A stretch of 53,496 nucleotides of DNA from Planctomycetota bacterium (GTDB lineage Bacteria; Planctomycetota; UBA1135; UBA2386): the NCBI GenBank assembly GCA_041168165.1, contig JBEELK010000166.1, positions 1-53,496 on the forward strand, in the 5' to 3' direction. Positions 26,620-35,512 of the stretch are shown piece by piece. The notes under the pieces were generated by a model, which was not told the origin of the DNA, did no database searches, and was given only the letters and a program-made list of their open reading frames with translations. Made by a program: the position numbers and the translations under genes. How positions within the stretch are numbered: position 1 is the stretch's first letter; every line of letters starts with the position of its first letter.

Positions 26620-26635
26620 TGGAACCGTGGATGCC
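26620..26635 (+). promoter_or_regulatory. candidate sigma-54 (-24/-12) promoter upstream of glnN: TGGAAC-CGTGG-ATGCC
   Basis: GG at 26621-26622 and GC at 26633-26634 with the required 10-nt spacing. There is one mismatch in each half versus TGGCAC-N5-TTGC. It lies about 87 nt upstream of the glnN start. Pattern match only. Confidence 0.3.
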
Positions 26636-26721
26636 TCCTGCGTAGTGTCCTCGCCCTTGCTGCCCGCGCTGGCGGGCGATGCGAGCCCAATTTCTTTGGA
26701 TGGAATACTGAGGTCGAAACT

Positions 26722-28899
26722 GTGAACGCTGAGCGAGCTGCCGCGATCCGCACGATTGCCCAGAAGGTGCCGGTTGCCTTCTCCCGCGGGACTGCCCAAG
26801 TCCCCGAACTGTTCGGAGCCAATGTGTTCGGTCCGCAGCAGATGCGGTCCCGCCTGCCAGAAGCCGCCTACAAGGCGCTTCAGCTGTGCATGACCCAGGG
26901 CCAGGAGTTGGGCCCGGGGCTCGCGGACCAAGTCGCCAACGCGATGAAGGAATGGGCGATCGAACGCGGCGCCACGCACTTCACGCACTGGTTCCAGCCG
27001 ATGACCGGCTCGACGGCCGAGAAGCATGACTCCTTCGCCAGCCTCGAAGACGGCCGGTTGATCATGGAGTTCAGCGGCAAGGCGCTGATCAAGGGCGAAC
27101 CGGACGCGAGCTCGTTCCCGAGCGGCGGCCTGCGTGCCACGTTCGAGGCCCGCGGCTACACCGCGTGGGACCCGACCTCGCCAGCCTTCCTGCGCGAGAC
27201 GACCAATGGCTCGACGCTCTGCATCCCGACCGCGTTCTGCTCGTGGACCGGCGAGGCGCTCGACGAGAAGACGCCGCTCCTGCGCAGCCTCGAAGCGATC
27301 CAGCGCGAGGCGATGAAGATGCTGCGTCTGCTCGGCGAGCAGAAGGCGACGCACGTCTATCCGACGCTCGGCTGTGAACAGGAGTACTTCCTGATCGACC
27401 GCGACTTCTATCTGCGTCGTCCGGACTTGATCGCAACGGGCCGCACGCTGTTTGGCGCGAAGCCGCCGAAGGGCCAGGAGTTGGAGGACCACTACTTTGG
27501 TTCGATCCAGCCGCGCGTGCTCGCGTTCATGCAAGAGGTCGAGCACGAACTGTGGAAGCTCGGCGTACCAGTGAAGACGCGCCACAACGAAGTCGCGCCG
27601 TCGCAGTACGAGATTGCGCCGATCTTCGAGCGCACGACCGTCGCCGCAGACCACAACATGCTCTGCATGGAAGTGCTGAAGCAGGTCGCGCAGAAGCATG
27701 GCTTCCAGTGCCTGCTGCACGAGAAGCCGTTCTCGGGCATCAACGGCTCGGGCAAGCACAACAACTGGTCGCTGGCGACCGACACTGGCGAGAACCTGCT
27801 CGATCCGGGCCACACGCCGCAGGAGAACCTGCGTTTCGTGGTGTTCCTCGCGGCGGTGACGCGCGCGGTCGACGTTCACGCGGACCTGCTGCGCTGCACG
27901 ATCGCGCATGCCGGCAATGACCATCGTCTCGGCGCCAACGAAGCGCCGCCTGCGATCATCTCGATCTACCTCGGCGAGCAGTTGACCGACGTCGTCGACA
28001 ACATCGTCTCGGGCACCGCGGCGAAGTCCGAGAAGCGCAAGGACACGATGCGTCTTGGCGTGACGGCGCTGCCGCCGCTGCCGCGCGACGCGACCGACCG
28101 CAACCGCACGTCGCCGTTCGCCTTCACTGGCAACAAGTTCGAGTTCCGCGCAGTGGGCAGCACGCAGGCCTCGGCGAAGCCGAACGCGGTGCTCAACACG
28201 ATCGTGGCCGAGTCGCTCGCGTACATGATCGAGCAGATCGAAGCGCAGAAGGCCCAGAAGGGCCTCGATGCCGCGATCAACGAGGTCGTGATCGACACGC
28301 TGCGCAAGCACCGTCGCGTGCTGTTCAACGGCAACGGCTACTCGTCGGAGTGGCACGCCGAGGCAGCCGCGCGCGGCTTGCCCAACTTCCGCAACGCAGT
28401 CGATGCGATCGGCAACTTCTGCGCGCCGAAGAACGTGGCGATGTTCGAGAAGTTTGGCGTGCTCACGGCGAAGGAAGCCGAGTCGCGCATGAACATCCAG
28501 TTCGAGGCTTACTGCAAGGCGATCTCGATCGAAGGCCAGAGCTGCCTGTCGATCGCGCGCACGATGGTGTTGCCCGCGGCGCAGGCGCACCAAGGCGCGG
28601 TGGCGCAGAGCATCGCGGCTGCGAAGGCATGCGGCGTCGATGTGTCGGGCCAGGTGAAGCGTCTCGCGGCGATGTCCGCGTTGATCGAGCAACTCGTGGC
28701 TCGCATCGACGACCTCAGCGCGCAGTTCGAGCACGCGGAAGCGCACCCGGGCACGCCCGCCGAACACGCGCGCGTCTACCGCGACAAGGTCGCAACCAGC
28801 ATGCAGAAGGTGCGCGAGAGCGCAGACCAGCTCGAGACGATGGTCGACGACTCGCTGTGGCCGCTGCCGAAGTACCGCGAGATGCTGTTCATCCAGTGA
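26722..28899 (+). CDS. glnN: glutamine synthetase type III
   Basis: The 725-aa protein contains [23 protein letters not shown]..., [31 protein letters not shown] and [10 protein letters not shown], which are typical GSIII blocks. GTG 26722 is preceded by GAGG 8 nt upstream. Confidence 0.9.
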   Translation: MNAERAAAIRTIAQKVPVAFSRGTAQVPELFGANVFGPQQMRSRLPEAAYKALQLCMTQGQELGPGLADQVANAMKEWAIERGATHFTHWFQPMTGSTAEKHDSFASLEDGRLIMEFSGKALIKGEPDASSFPSGGLRATFEARGYTAWDPTSPAFLRETTNGSTLCIPTAFCSWTGEALDEKTPLLRSLEAIQREAMKMLRLLGEQKATHVYPTLGCEQEYFLIDRDFYLRRPDLIATGRTLFGAKPPKGQELEDHYFGSIQPRVLAFMQEVEHELWKLGVPVKTRHNEVAPSQYEIAPIFERTTVAADHNMLCMEVLKQVAQKHGFQCLLHEKPFSGINGSGKHNNWSLATDTGENLLDPGHTPQENLRFVVFLAAVTRAVDVHADLLRCTIAHAGNDHRLGANEAPPAIISIYLGEQLTDVVDNIVSGTAAKSEKRKDTMRLGVTALPPLPRDATDRNRTSPFAFTGNKFEFRAVGSTQASAKPNAVLNTIVAESLAYMIEQIEAQKAQKGLDAAINEVVIDTLRKHRRVLFNGNGYSSEWHAEAAARGLPNFRNAVDAIGNFCAPKNVAMFEKFGVLTAKEAESRMNIQFEAYCKAISIEGQSCLSIARTMVLPAAQAHQGAVAQSIAAAKACGVDVSGQVKRLAAMSALIEQLVARIDDLSAQFEHAEAHPGTPAEHARVYRDKVATSMQKVRESADQLETMVDDSLWPLPKYREMLFIQ

Positions 28900-28909
28900 T
28901 GCTGGTCGG

Positions 28910-28930
28910 CGACGTCGGCTGACGACGTCG
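28910..28930 (+). terminator. hairpin right after the glnN stop (CGACGTCG-GCTGA-CGACGTCG)
   Basis: An 8-bp perfect stem 11 nt after TGA 28897-28899. A second GC hairpin lies at 28935-28962 (GCGCGGGC-N12-GCCCGCGC). Neither has a U-tract. Confidence 0.35.
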
Positions 28931-29068
28931 TATCGCGCGGGCGGCGGTAGCGCTGCCCGCGCTCGATCTCACAGCGCAAATGGAATCGCTGTGCGAGAGC
29001 ATCCCTGCGCAGCGGCATTGGCCGCGCAACAAGCGAAGAGGGGATCCTGCGACGCGAACGATCGTCGC

Positions 29069-29851
29069 TCAGCCGAAGCGGCCTTCGATGTAGTCCGCCG
29101 TCTCGGTCTTCTGCGGCGTCACGAACATCTCCTCGGTGCGCGAGTGCTCGACGACGCGGCCGAGCAGCATGAACACGCACTCGTCGCTTGAGCGGCGCGC
29201 TTGCGCCATGTTGTGGGTGACGATGAGGATCGAGTAACTGCCGCGCAGGTCCCAGATCAGATCCTCGACGGCGCGGGTCGCCTCGGGGTCGAGCGCGGAG
29301 CAAGGCTCGTCCATCAGCAAGACCTCGGGGCGCGTCGGCAGCAAGCGGGCGATGCAGAGCTTCTGCTGCTCTTCGAGTGACAGCGTGGTCGCCTTCCTGC
29401 CAAGTCGGTCCTTCACACGGTCCCAGAGCAACACTTCGCGCAGGGATTTTTCGACGATGCTGTCGGCCTCAGAGCGGTGCAGTTGCTTGTCGCTGTGAAT
29501 CTTGAGGCCGAACAGGACGTTCTCGCGGATCGTCAGCGGCAGCGGATTGGGTCGCTGGAAGACCATTCCCACCTGGCGACGGACCTGCAGCGGGGATGCA
29601 TCTGAGCCGTAGATGTCCTGGCCGAGCACTTGGATGGTGCCAGTGGTCGTGACGTATCCCAGGCGTTCGTTGATGCGGTTGCACGAGCGCAAGAATGTCG
29701 ACTTGCCACAGCCTGACGGGCCGATCAGCGCCGTGACGATGCCACGACGGATCTGCAGGTTGACATCGCGCAATGCCTGGAAACTGCCGTACCAGAGATT
29801 GAGGTCCCTCGCCTCGATCGCGAGTTGCGGGGGAGCGATCAAGTTAGCCAT
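29069..29851 (-). CDS. pstB: phosphate ABC transporter ATP-binding protein PstB (copy 1: canonical Walker A/Q/Walker B/H, degenerate signature)
   Basis: GPSGCGKSTFLR, MVFQRPNPLP, LLMDEPCSALDP, IVTHNM and C-terminal DYIEGRFG are canonical. The signature motif reads LSLEEQQKL instead of LSGGQQQRL. Confidence 0.92.
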   Translation of the reverse strand: MANLIAPPQLAIEARDLNLWYGSFQALRDVNLQIRRGIVTALIGPSGCGKSTFLRSCNRINERLGYVTTTGTIQVLGQDIYGSDASPLQVRRQVGMVFQRPNPLPLTIRENVLFGLKIHSDKQLHRSEADSIVEKSLREVLLWDRVKDRLGRKATTLSLEEQQKLCIARLLPTRPEVLLMDEPCSALDPEATRAVEDLIWDLRGSYSILIVTHNMAQARRSSDECVFMLLGRVVEHSRTEEMFVTPQKTETADYIEGRFG

Positions 29852-30623
29852 ACCTGCCCTCCACGTAGTCGCGGGTGCGTTGATCCTGCACCGTTCCTGT
29901 GAACAGCGCTTCCGTGCTCGCGATCTCGACGCAGCGGCCGCCGAGAAAGAACGCGGTTCGATCCGCGAGGCGGCGCGCTTGCTGCACGAGATTCGTCACG
30001 AGGACGATCGTCATCTCACGGCGCAGCTCCTTCAGCACTTCCTCGATGCGCATCGTCGTCACCGGATCGACTGCGATCGAGAACTCGTCGAGCAGCAGGA
30101 TGGCTGGGTCTTGCGACAACGCGCGCGCAATCGTGAGGCGCTGCTGTTGCCCGCCGCTGAGAAGGGAGCCGAGATTGCGCAGCCGGTCCTTCACTTCGTC
30201 CCAAAGCGCTGCGCGGCGAAGGCAGCGTTCCACGATTTCGTCGAGTTTGGCTCGCGAACTCACGCCGCGGAGTCGTGGTGCCAAGGCGACGTTGTCGTAG
30301 ACCGACAAAGGCAGGCCTACCGGCAACGGGAACACCACGCCGATCCGACGACGGAGCGCATAGACGTTGCGCACGGTGGATATGTCGCGTCCGGCGAGCT
30401 CCACGGACCCTTCGACCTTCATGTTGGCGATGAAGTCGTTCATCCGGTTGATCGAGCGCAAGAAGCTCGTCTTGCCGGCGTTCGCTGGGCCGATGATGCC
30501 GAAGATCTCGTTGGTCCGGACCTGCAGCGTGACGTCCTCCAGCGCCACGTGGGAACCGTAGCGGATGCTCAGATTCCGCACGTCCAACATGATCTCGTGA
30601 GCGGAGGCGGGCGAGTGGGTCAC
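29844..30623 (-). CDS. PstB paralogue (copy 2: canonical signature, degenerate Q-loop and H-loop)
   Basis: The PstB fold runs throughout (IRYGSHVALEDV..., C-terminal DYVEGRYG). Walker A is GPANAGKTS and the signature LSGGQQQRL is intact. The Q-loop reads VVFPLPVG (Q to P), Walker B LLLDEFSIAVD and the H-loop LVTNLV (H to N). GTG 30623 overlaps the pstA stop (GTGA); ATG 30590 is an alternative start. The stop overlaps the pstB1 start by 8 nt. Confidence 0.85.
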   Translation of the reverse strand: MTHSPASAHEIMLDVRNLSIRYGSHVALEDVTLQVRTNEIFGIIGPANAGKTSFLRSINRMNDFIANMKVEGSVELAGRDISTVRNVYALRRRIGVVFPLPVGLPLSVYDNVALAPRLRGVSSRAKLDEIVERCLRRAALWDEVKDRLRNLGSLLSGGQQQRLTIARALSQDPAILLLDEFSIAVDPVTTMRIEEVLKELRREMTIVLVTNLVQQARRLADRTAFFLGGRCVEIASTEALFTGTVQDQRTRDYVEGRYG

Positions 30624-31507
30624 CACTTCTTCCTCCCACGAAGTTTCATTCGTAGCGCGATAGAGATGGCGTTCATGGACATCACCACGCCGATGAGCGT
30701 GAGTGCGACGGAGAAGGGGAGCCCCTCCGGAATGCCCGGCAACTGCGTGGAGACGTTGTAGAGGTGCAACGACAGCGCCATCGTCTGGTCCCACACGCTC
30801 TCGGGCGCCACCGGCAGGTAGAGCACTGCGCCGGTGAACATGATGGGTGCCGTCTCTCCCACGGCGCGCGACACGCAGAGGATCACGCCGGTCAGGATGC
30901 CGCTGCCTGAATTGGGCAGCACGACGCGCCAGATCGTCTGCCAGCGGGTCGCTCCCAGGCTCCAGCACGCCTCGCGAAAGGACTGCGGCAGCGCCTGCAA
31001 GGATTCACGGGTGGCGACAATGATGACCGGCAGCGTCATCACGGCCAGGGTGCAACTAGCCGCCAGCACCGAGACGCCGAAGTCGAGGAACAGCACAAAC
31101 GCGCCGACCCCGAACAACGCATGCACGATGGAGGGTACGCCGGCGAGGTTGACGATGGCGATGTTGATCAGGCCAGTAAGCCAATTGTCCTTCGCATACT
31201 CGCTCAGGTAGATGGCAGCGCTGATCCCAAGAGGCAATGCCACGAGCAACGCGACTGCGGTCAACCAGACAGTTCCTACCAAGGCGGGGAAGATGCCGCC
31301 TGCGCTCATCACGTTGCGCGGTTCCTCGAGGAAGAACTCTGCAGAGAGCCCCGGGAATCCTCGGATGATGAGGATGCTCAGGATCCCGAGGGCCGGCAGC
31401 GCCAGCATTGCTGTCGTTAAAGCCAGCAGGGACTGGGCGGCAGATTGCTGCTTCCTGCGCCGTTGCTCGGAAGCGGTCGGCTGGAATTTGGAACCCGAGG
31501 GGCTCAT
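30620..31507 (-). CDS. pstA: phosphate ABC transporter permease PstA
   Basis: A six-TM permease with an EAA-type loop (FREACWSLGATRWQTIWRVVLPNSGSGILTG) and SRAVGETAPIMFTG. ATGA overlap with pstC. Confidence 0.9.
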   Translation of the reverse strand: MSPSGSKFQPTASEQRRRKQQSAAQSLLALTTAMLALPALGILSILIIRGFPGLSAEFFLEEPRNVMSAGGIFPALVGTVWLTAVALLVALPLGISAAIYLSEYAKDNWLTGLINIAIVNLAGVPSIVHALFGVGAFVLFLDFGVSVLAASCTLAVMTLPVIIVATRESLQALPQSFREACWSLGATRWQTIWRVVLPNSGSGILTGVILCVSRAVGETAPIMFTGAVLYLPVAPESVWDQTMALSLHLYNVSTQLPGIPEGLPFSVALTLIGVVMSMNAISIALRMKLRGRKKW

Positions 31508-32442
31508 GCCTTCTTCCTCCGGGTTCCTCTGACGATCGCGTTGGCGATCATGTTGATGAAGAACGTGATCGTGAACAGGAGGATGCCGACGACGAACAGC
31601 GCCTGGTAGTGGTCATCACCTTCCGCGGTCTCGCCGAGTTCCGCTGCAATCGTGGCGGTTAGCGACCGAACGGGGTCGAACAGCGACTTCGGGACATTGA
31701 TCGCGTGGCCGCTCGCCATGAGCACCGCGATGGTCTCTCCGAACGCGCGACCGACGCCCAGCAGGACGGCGGCGCTGAGGCCAGGGCGCGCATGGGGCAG
31801 AACAACCCGCAGCACAACCTGCCACTTGGTGGCGCCGAGCGCTTCCGCAGCTTCGCGGTAGGAGTCGGGAACGGCCTTCAGCGCGTCCTCGGCGATCGTC
31901 GTCATGATCGGGGCGGCCATCATTCCCAAGATGATTCCCGCGTTGAGGAGATTGAGTCCCGATGGCACGCCGAAGACGTCGGTGATGAACGGACCCATCA
32001 CGTTGAGGCCGATGACGCCCCAGACGACCGAAGGCACCGCAGCCAACAGTTCAATCAGGATCTTGAGCCACTCTCGTTTCTTGCCGCGGGCGAACTCTCC
32101 AATGTAGATCGCCGAGCCGAGCGACAACGGCACCACGAGAATCATTGCGACCGCCGTCGTCGAGACCGTGCCGGCGATCAGCGCGAGCGCTCCATATTCC
32201 GGCTTTTGGCTGTTCGGTCGCCACGCGATCGACGTGAAGAACTCCGTCCACGAAAGCCTGTTCGCCGCAAACTCGAGCCCCTGGGTCGCAATAAAGACCA
32301 GGATGCCCACGATGAACACGATTGCGGAAACGCCGCCGCCGAAGACCAGAGCCTTCGCGAACAGGTCCGTCCACCAGGATCTGTCGCGACGGTCGAACTC
32401 CATCGCGGTCAGGCGGTGCTGCTTGGCTGCTTCGTCGCTCAT
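31504..32442 (-). CDS. pstC: phosphate ABC transporter permease PstC
   Basis: AEDALKAVPDSYREAAEALGATKWQVVLRVVLPHARPG and GRAFGETIAVLMASG. ATG 32442 (5 nt after the upstream stop) is preferred over the ORF start 32514, which would overlap the upstream gene. Confidence 0.88.
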   Translation of the reverse strand: MSDEAAKQHRLTAMEFDRRDRSWWTDLFAKALVFGGGVSAIVFIVGILVFIATQGLEFAANRLSWTEFFTSIAWRPNSQKPEYGALALIAGTVSTTAVAMILVVPLSLGSAIYIGEFARGKKREWLKILIELLAAVPSVVWGVIGLNVMGPFITDVFGVPSGLNLLNAGIILGMMAAPIMTTIAEDALKAVPDSYREAAEALGATKWQVVLRVVLPHARPGLSAAVLLGVGRAFGETIAVLMASGHAINVPKSLFDPVRSLTATIAAELGETAEGDDHYQALFVVGILLFTITFFINMIANAIVRGTRRKKA

Positions 32443-32447
32443 GGGGA

Positions 32448-33512
32448 TCAACAGGCCTGTTCGCCTCGCAGCTTCTCCATCAGCCCGCGGATCTTCGGCG
32501 TCAGGAACCGCCATGCCTGCTCAGGGTCGTTCACGTTGCCTACGTCCCAGGCCAGCACGGTCGTGTGGAAGGGGACTTTGCCGAGGCGCTGACGGACCTC
32601 TGGGTGGAGTCCGACGATGAACTGGAATTCGTCGAGTTGCTCCATCAGCGAGGAGAGCGGCGTCGGCCACGACTGCGACAGGTCGATGCCGACCTGCTTC
32701 GCGAACTCGACGTAGCGAGGGTCGATTTCTTCAGCTGCATCAACGCCTGCGCTGAGATAGGTGCCGCTCTGCGGGAAGGCTTTGCGCGTGAAGTGCTCCG
32801 CGAGTTGGCTGACTCCGTTGTTCTTGTCGCCGACGAACAGGATCTTGAAGACCTTCTCGCCCTTCAACTTGCCGGTGCCGACGAAGATCGTCTCTTCGCA
32901 GATGTTCTTGGCCTGGTGGATGACACGCTCGAGTCGGTTGAACGTCGCCATCAGCGAGAACAGGTCGCTGACGGGGCGGCTTCGGTTCTCGCCTTCCTTG
33001 ACGAGGTCCGCGAACACCTTGTCGAAGTGATGGGCAAACTGGGCTGCGGCGCCGAGGGTTGCCTGGGCCGCTGCAACGTCTCGTGTCTGGAAGCTACGGA
33101 GAGCCTCAGACAGCATGCGCCGCGCGTGCTGGCACATCATCTCGATGTCACGCTGAACGACAGGCGGTGCCTCGGTCGAAAGTTGCGCTGAGGTGCGCGA
33201 GATCGTCGTCGCGTAGTCGCCGATGCGCTCGAGCGCGATGTTCAATCGCAGGACGGACGACACGTAGCGCAAGTGGCCAGCGGAGGGGAGGTGGCGAGCC
33301 ACGAAGGCATGGCACAGCCGGTCCAATTCGCGCGTCTGGCGATTCACGAGGTAGTCGCCGATCACTGTCTCTCCGGCGAGGTCGCGATCCAGCGTCAGCA
33401 CGGCGCGCGCCGCGTTGCCAATGGCGTTCTCGATCGTAGATCCCACGATCGTGATGAGGTCACGGATCCAGGATAGATCCTTCTGGAGTCGCTCTTCGTA
33501 GTGGCTGCTCAA
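32448..33512 (-). CDS. PhoU-domain protein fused to a C-terminal LMW-PTP/ArsC-like domain lacking the CX5R catalytic residues
   Basis: Residues ~1-215 carry two PhoU repeats (LERIGDYATTI; LERVIHQAKNICEE). Residues ~221-354 (nt 32451-32852) have the LMW-PTP fold pattern (KILFVGDKNNGVSQLAE...SAG...GIDLSQ...NDPE). The only nearby start is TTG 33512. Confidence 0.78.
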   Translation of the reverse strand: MSSHYEERLQKDLSWIRDLITIVGSTIENAIGNAARAVLTLDRDLAGETVIGDYLVNRQTRELDRLCHAFVARHLPSAGHLRYVSSVLRLNIALERIGDYATTISRTSAQLSTEAPPVVQRDIEMMCQHARRMLSEALRSFQTRDVAAAQATLGAAAQFAHHFDKVFADLVKEGENRSRPVSDLFSLMATFNRLERVIHQAKNICEETIFVGTGKLKGEKVFKILFVGDKNNGVSQLAEHFTRKAFPQSGTYLSAGVDAAEEIDPRYVEFAKQVGIDLSQSWPTPLSSLMEQLDEFQFIVGLHPEVRQRLGKVPFHTTVLAWDVGNVNDPEQAWRFLTPKIRGLMEKLRGEQAC

Positions 33513-33561
33513 GAGATGGGTTCCGTGTTGGGATGCTACGGGGCGAGAAACTGCAGACTGT

Positions 33562-34434
33562 TCAGAGCTTGCGCAGCGGTGGGTAGCCGCGCTTCAGGAG
33601 GACCCGCTGACCGTCATCGCTGAGAATCCATTGGAGGTAGTCCGCCGTGGGGCCGCTCGGTTCCCCGATCGTGTACATGAACAGCGGACGCGAGATCGGG
33701 TAACTGCGGTCGAGGACGGAGTCGATCGTCGGCATCACCGGTTGTTCGGTCTTCTCATTTACGACCGGTACCATGCGCACTTCCGCAGTGGCATAGGACA
33801 ATCCGCTGTAGCCGATGCTCGAAGTGACCTTGGAGCAAAGGTCGACGACATCTTTGCTGCCGTTCATGTCGCGGGTGCCCAGTCGGAAGTTGATCTCCTT
33901 TCCGAGCACCGCTTCGCGGAAGTACTCGTAGGTCCCGCTGTTGCTCTGGCGGGAGATCACGACAATTTCGTCGTCGCCGCTCGGCAAAGTGATCCCCATG
34001 TCGCTCCAGCGAGTGACCTTGCCGCCGTCGCTGTAGATGGCTTGCAGCTGCGATCGAGTGATCTGCCGCACGGGATTGTCGCGGTGGACGTAGATGGCAA
34101 TGCCATCCCATCCGACCTGGTGTCTCATCGGTTCGCGCCCAGCCTTCTTTGCTGCCTCGATTTCTCGAGGTTTGAATTCCCGGCTGCAGTTCGCGAGGTC
34201 AACCGTGCCGTTGATGAGTCCGCTGATGCCAACCTGCGAGCCGCCGCCGCCGAGAGACACCGCGACATCGGGTCTCACCTGCCGGTAGGACTCTGCCCAG
34301 GCCAGTGCGACCTCGACCATCGTGTCCGACCCCTTATTCTGGATGGTTGGTCGCTGCGACCGGAAGCACCCTGACGCCAGCAGTAAGGTCAGCGCGAGGC
34401 CGACTCGGCAAAGGGATGGGGTTGGTGGGGCCAT
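33562..34434 (-). CDS. pstS: phosphate-binding protein PstS (lipoprotein)
   Basis: A lipobox (LLLASGC), then GSDTMVEVALAWAESY...GGGGSQVGISGLINGTVDLANCSR...GWDGIAIYVH and the PstS-family C-terminus. Confidence 0.9.
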   Translation of the reverse strand: MAPPTPSLCRVGLALTLLLASGCFRSQRPTIQNKGSDTMVEVALAWAESYRQVRPDVAVSLGGGGSQVGISGLINGTVDLANCSREFKPREIEAAKKAGREPMRHQVGWDGIAIYVHRDNPVRQITRSQLQAIYSDGGKVTRWSDMGITLPSGDDEIVVISRQSNSGTYEYFREAVLGKEINFRLGTRDMNGSKDVVDLCSKVTSSIGYSGLSYATAEVRMVPVVNEKTEQPVMPTIDSVLDRSYPISRPLFMYTIGEPSGPTADYLQWILSDDGQRVLLKRGYPPLRKL

Positions 34435-34489
34435 TTACGGGGAACTTCAAACAAGAACGATCACGGCTGAGAGTGAAGCTGACCTGCCC

Positions 34490-35512
34490 TCAGCATGAAG
34501 AAGTGGTGAAGATGTGCTGGGGCGGCAGCCCGTCCGGGCCCACCTTCTCCCCAGGCGGCCGGTGCTTGAACCGCCGTCCCTGCCAGAACCACTGCTCTTG
34601 GTGCTCTGCAACCGACTTGCCCAGTGCGAGGTTGACGCGCGCCAGGATCCGCTGCACGTCGGCCTCTCGGTCTCCGGCAGATTCTGCGGGGATGACGTCC
34701 CAGACCCGCATCGCGAACCGGAACTTGCCCGTTCGCATCGCCGTGACGACCGCAATTGGGGCGCCCGACGAGAGGCTCAGCAAGGCTGGAGTCGCGACCG
34801 TGGCGGCAGCCGTTCCCAGGAAGGGCGGGTAGGCGTCGCCGCGGCGGCCGGACGAGTCGCAGAGGAGCCCGATGGACTCCTTGCGCTGCAGCGCGCGGCG
34901 CAGCGTGCCGACCACGTTTTGCTTCGCAACGACGACCTGTCCCGAGCCCGTGCGAAGGTCCGAAATCACACGGTCGACGCCAGGGATCGGGCTCGGCCGG
35001 AAGACAGACGTGATCGGGATGCCCCAGAGCGCGCACACATAGCCAGCTACGTCCCACACGCCGATGTGCGCGGTCGCCCAGACGATGCCTTTGCCCTCTT
35101 TGTAGAGGTCGAGCATGGGTTCGAACTCGCGGCAATCGACGATGTCGCGAAGGGTCTCCTTCGTGATGCGATGAAGGCGGCAGCTGTCGACCGCGAGCCA
35201 CGTCAGATGCCGCGCGACCTTGAGGAGATGCCAGCGTGGTCGCACAGGGCCGAGCCCGCCCTCGCGGTAGACGATGCGCACGTTACGCCAGTAGCCGCGC
35301 ACTCGCTTGCCAGAGCGATCCTGCAGCGACCACATCAGCGCGATCGGGACGGCGAGCAGGTCTGCGAGCCCATAGGCCAAGAACGTGGGCATGTGCCCGA
35401 ACGCCCAAGTCGTCGCGCGCAGTGCGCCTGCGATGACGCGGTGCCACAGCGACGTGCGCTTCGTTCGCGCGTCTTCGCGCGGGTCGTCGGTCTCGGTCTC
35501 AGCGCCGTTCAT
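34490..35512 (-). CDS. lysophospholipid/lipid A-type acyltransferase (LpxL/HtrB/MsbB family, LPLAT superfamily)
   Basis: The 340-aa protein has an N-terminal TM segment and the HIGVWD motif (family H-x4-D box: ATAHIGVWDVAG). GLLCDS...PFLGTAAATVATPALLSLSSGAPI is typical of this family. ATG 35512 overlaps the upstream MFS stop (ATGA). The rest of the 771-aa ORF is out-of-frame overlap. Confidence 0.78.
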   Translation of the reverse strand: MNGAETETDDPREDARTKRTSLWHRVIAGALRATTWAFGHMPTFLAYGLADLLAVPIALMWSLQDRSGKRVRGYWRNVRIVYREGGLGPVRPRWHLLKVARHLTWLAVDSCRLHRITKETLRDIVDCREFEPMLDLYKEGKGIVWATAHIGVWDVAGYVCALWGIPITSVFRPSPIPGVDRVISDLRTGSGQVVVAKQNVVGTLRRALQRKESIGLLCDSSGRRGDAYPPFLGTAAATVATPALLSLSSGAPIAVVTAMRTGKFRFAMRVWDVIPAESAGDREADVQRILARVNLALGKSVAEHQEQWFWQGRRFKHRPPGEKVGPDGLPPQHIFTTSSC

